The position numbers and the translations under genes are program-made. This document shows, one piece after another, positions 30,035 to 32,476 of a DNA stretch of 32,476 nt. The stretch is taken from assembly GCA_014803905.1 (NCBI GenBank), contig JAAVAW010000023.1, positions 16,584-49,059 of the forward strand, in the 5' to 3' direction. Source of the DNA: Lactobacillus sp. (lineage in GTDB: Bacteria > Bacillota > Bacilli > Lactobacillales > Lactobacillaceae). Numbering within the stretch: the first letter of the stretch is position 1; every line of letters starts with the position of its first letter. The notes beneath the pieces were generated by a model. That model had not been told where the DNA came from. It made no database searches and saw nothing but the letters and a program-made list of their open reading frames with translations.

Positions 30035-30658
30035 CTATAACAAATTGGCCTCTTTTAAACTTAAATAATTTTTATCTGTAACAATAAAATGATCAATAAA
30101 ATTTATTCCCATGAATTCACTAGCCGCTTTGATTTTCTTGGTTATTTCTATATCTTGTTGGGAAGGCATTGAATCACCACTGGGATGATTGTGTACCAAA
30201 ATAAAACTAGCACAATTATAAACTATTCCCCACCTAAAAATATCGCGAGGATGAACTGTAGCCTTATTTAAGGTTCCTTGAAAAATTAATTTTTCGGCAA
30301 TTATTTTATTTTTCGTATTCAAAAATATTCCATATAACTGTTCCTGTTCTTGACCAGATAATTTATCACATAAATAATAACCTACCTGAGAACTTGAACA
30401 AAACGATTGTAATTGACAACTTTCAAGTTGCTTAATTCTTTTAAAAATGATTTCTAAATAAATTGCCAAAGTATCTGAACTATTTTTGCCTTTTGCATAT
30501 TGCCATAAATCGGCTAAGGTCTCAATTTTTAATTTATTTAATTGTTTGCTTATGTCACTAAAATCGCTAATGTTAGCATGTTGTAAATACTTGATTAGAC
30601 CACTAATTATTTCTTTATCACTTTGTACAAAATAGGGATGTAATTTCTTTTCTTTCAT
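30035..30658 (-). CDS. radC: RadC/JAB domain protein (probable start 30658)
   Basis: EQEQ, IFQGTLN...VHPRDIF, HNHPSGD..PS..D and DHFIV JAB motifs. GGAGGT precedes the ATG at 30658. Upstream of mreB. Confidence 0.88.
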   Translation of the reverse strand: MKEKKLHPYFVQSDKEIISGLIKYLQHANISDFSDISKQLNKLKIETLADLWQYAKGKNSSDTLAIYLEIIFKRIKQLESCQLQSFCSSSQVGYYLCDKLSGQEQEQLYGIFLNTKNKIIAEKLIFQGTLNKATVHPRDIFRWGIVYNCASFILVHNHPSGDSMPSQQDIEITKKIKAASEFMGINFIDHFIVTDKNYLSLKEANLL

Positions 30659-30687
30659 AAATACCTCCATCCCTTATTACGACAAAA

Positions 30688-31365
30688 TTATTTAACTTGA
30701 CTTAAAAAATTATCAAAATTGTCATAAATCAAAGCATAATCTTTATCTGTTTGAGTTGGTGTTTTTAAATCAGGAATCATTACACAATTTATACCAGCGT
30801 TCTTTGCTGCTGCTACCCCAGTGCTAGAATCCTCAAATATCAAAAGATTTTCCTTAGGAATATTTAATTTGGTTTGTGCCATTAAATATATATCCGGAGC
30901 TGGCTTTGGCTTAAGTTTATTTTCTACTACATCTTTATAGCTCAATCTAAACTTAAAATACTGTCTGATTCCAGTTAACCAGACAAACTTATCCACTACA
31001 GCTTGATAATTACTTGAAGCAATAGCCATTTTAAGATGCTGTTTATCAAATACATTTAAGGCTTTTTGCACACCAGGACGAAGTTTCACCTTTCCCTCAT
31101 CTGCCCATTGCCATACCAAATCATCAGTGCGCTTAATAAATTCATCCCTTACCTTATCACTGGGAAAATATCGTTGATAAAATTGTTGCATTTGCTTATT
31201 ACTTGCACCAATTAATTTTAAATATGAATCATCAGGAATATCTAGGCCAAATTCATGGGCCGCTTGAATATTAGCCTGCCAGTATAATTTTTCTGAATCA
31301 ACTAGAAGACCATCCATATCAAAAATAATTCCTTGAATATTATTTTTTATTCCTGTTACTTTCAT
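30688..31365 (-). CDS. HAD-IA family phosphatase (beta-PGM-like)
   Basis: FDMDGLLVDSE, ASS, KPAPDIY, FEDSSTGV.AA..AG. Confidence 0.9.
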   Translation of the reverse strand: MKVTGIKNNIQGIIFDMDGLLVDSEKLYWQANIQAAHEFGLDIPDDSYLKLIGASNKQMQQFYQRYFPSDKVRDEFIKRTDDLVWQWADEGKVKLRPGVQKALNVFDKQHLKMAIASSNYQAVVDKFVWLTGIRQYFKFRLSYKDVVENKLKPKPAPDIYLMAQTKLNIPKENLLIFEDSSTGVAAAKNAGINCVMIPDLKTPTQTDKDYALIYDNFDNFLSQVK

Positions 31366-32476
31366 AAATTTTCTCCCAATAATTTAAAACTGCGCCAACC
31401 AAATAAAAGGATCCTGTAACTACCAAAATATCGTCTTTTTCCAACTTTTCCCTAGTTCTTTCAAAGGCATCCTTAAAATCATTAATAAAAATAGCTCGCT
31501 TACGAATAAAAGCTGGAAAATCCTCAAATGTAGCGGCTCGCGGGTAATCTATGTGCGTCAAAATGATATTCTCATTATCTTTAAATTCACCAAAAACTTC
31601 TTTCAGATCTTTGTCCTTCATCATCCCGACTAAAAAATATAATTTTTGATGAGGTGTTTTACGTACATATTCTAATAAATTGGCCATTGCCTGAATATTA
31701 TGAGCTCCATCAAGAATAATTTCGGGTTGTTGGCTAATTATCTGATAACGACCCGGAATTATAGTTGTATTAAGCACCTCCACAATCGCATTTGGTTTCA
31801 AATTAATTTGTAAAACTGTAATCACTTCAATCGCAATTGCCATATCAATTGCTTCCACAAAGGACCGATAATTAAGTTCTAATTGATAGATTTGATTAGA
31901 AAAAATAACTTTTTCTTGATTGGTAACTTCTATTTTAAAATCTTTTCCATATTGAAAATAACTAGCATCAACTTGCCGAGCCTTTTCTTTCAAAATTGCT
32001 AAGGAATTTTCCGCAATATTTCCAAAAACTACAGGTCGATTTTTCTTTATAATACCGCTTTTTTCTCTTGCAATATCTGCTATAGTAGGACCAATAATAT
32101 CTTCATGATCTAAGCCAATTGAGGTAATCACACTAACTTCGGGCGTTATCACATTTGTTTTATCATGTTGACCACCAATTCCCACTTCGATTACCGCATA
32201 ATCACAATGTTTATAAGCAAAAAGCCAAAAGGCCATGGCGGTTTCAAATTCAAAAGTTACTAGACTAAAATTAGGTTTATTTTCTTTTATTTTATCAATT
32301 GCTTGTGCCACTACTCGATAAGCATTAATCAAATCTTTATCACTTACTAACTCTAAATTTATTTGCATTCTTTCATTAAATTTAGAAATATAAGGTGATA
32401 CAAAAAGACCGGTTTTTAGACCGGCCTTTTTTAAAAGATTAGCAATGTAATAAGAAGTAGAGCCTTTACCATTTGT
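31340..32476 (-). CDS. folC: Folylpolyglutamate synthase/dihydrofolate synthase (5' end outside window)
   Basis: Frame is open to the window edge (TNGKGST...SPYISKFNERMQIN), with EVGIGG..D.TN, IGLDH, EKSGIIK, LDGAHN, TGSFYLVG. Confidence 0.95.
   Translation of the reverse strand, partial: TNGKGSTSYYIANLLKKAGLKTGLFVSPYISKFNERMQINLELVSDKDLINAYRVVAQAIDKIKENKPNFSLVTFEFETAMAFWLFAYKHCDYAVIEVGIGGQHDKTNVITPEVSVITSIGLDHEDIIGPTIADIAREKSGIIKKNRPVVFGNIAENSLAILKEKARQVDASYFQYGKDFKIEVTNQEKVIFSNQIYQLELNYRSFVEAIDMAIAIEVITVLQINLKPNAIVEVLNTTIIPGRYQIISQQPEIILDGAHNIQAMANLLEYVRKTPHQKLYFLVGMMKDKDLKEVFGEFKDNENIILTHIDYPRAATFEDFPAFIRKRAIFINDFKDAFERTREKLEKDDILVVTGSFYLVGAVLNYWEKIYESNRNKK

Overview
AT-rich Firmicute chromosomal DNA. 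Gene order and protein style fit Lactobacillus sensu stricto (inference). The window is almost entirely core genome. The + strand carries the 3' part of an RNase J gene and a DAGK-family lipid kinase. These converge on a long minus-strand block, in transcription order: folC (truncated by the window edge) - HAD phosphatase - radC - mreBCD - [small + strand DUF4044-like ORF missed by the ORF track] - DUF3397 - dcw cluster (mraZ, rsmH, ftsL, class B PBP, mraY, murD, murG, ftsQ/divIB, ftsA, ftsZ, sepF, yggT, ylmH, divIVA) - Ile T-box - ileS - atypical cold-shock protein - nudF - MacP-like membrane protein - mtnN - iscS - DUF1831 - mnmA - histidine phosphatase - TPR protein - recD2. I see no mobile element, prophage, CRISPR array, rRNA/tRNA or defence island, and I cannot support a claim of a new multi-gene system. 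The best leads are small-scale: an unannotated 40-aa membrane peptide; a probable MacP orthologue; a T-box-controlled polycistron that apparently continues through a divergent CSP, nudF, macP-like, mtnN and iscS; a near-consensus promoter inside the divIVA tail; a ComX-box-like motif before radC; MraZ repeats; and DUF1831 placed between iscS and mnmA.
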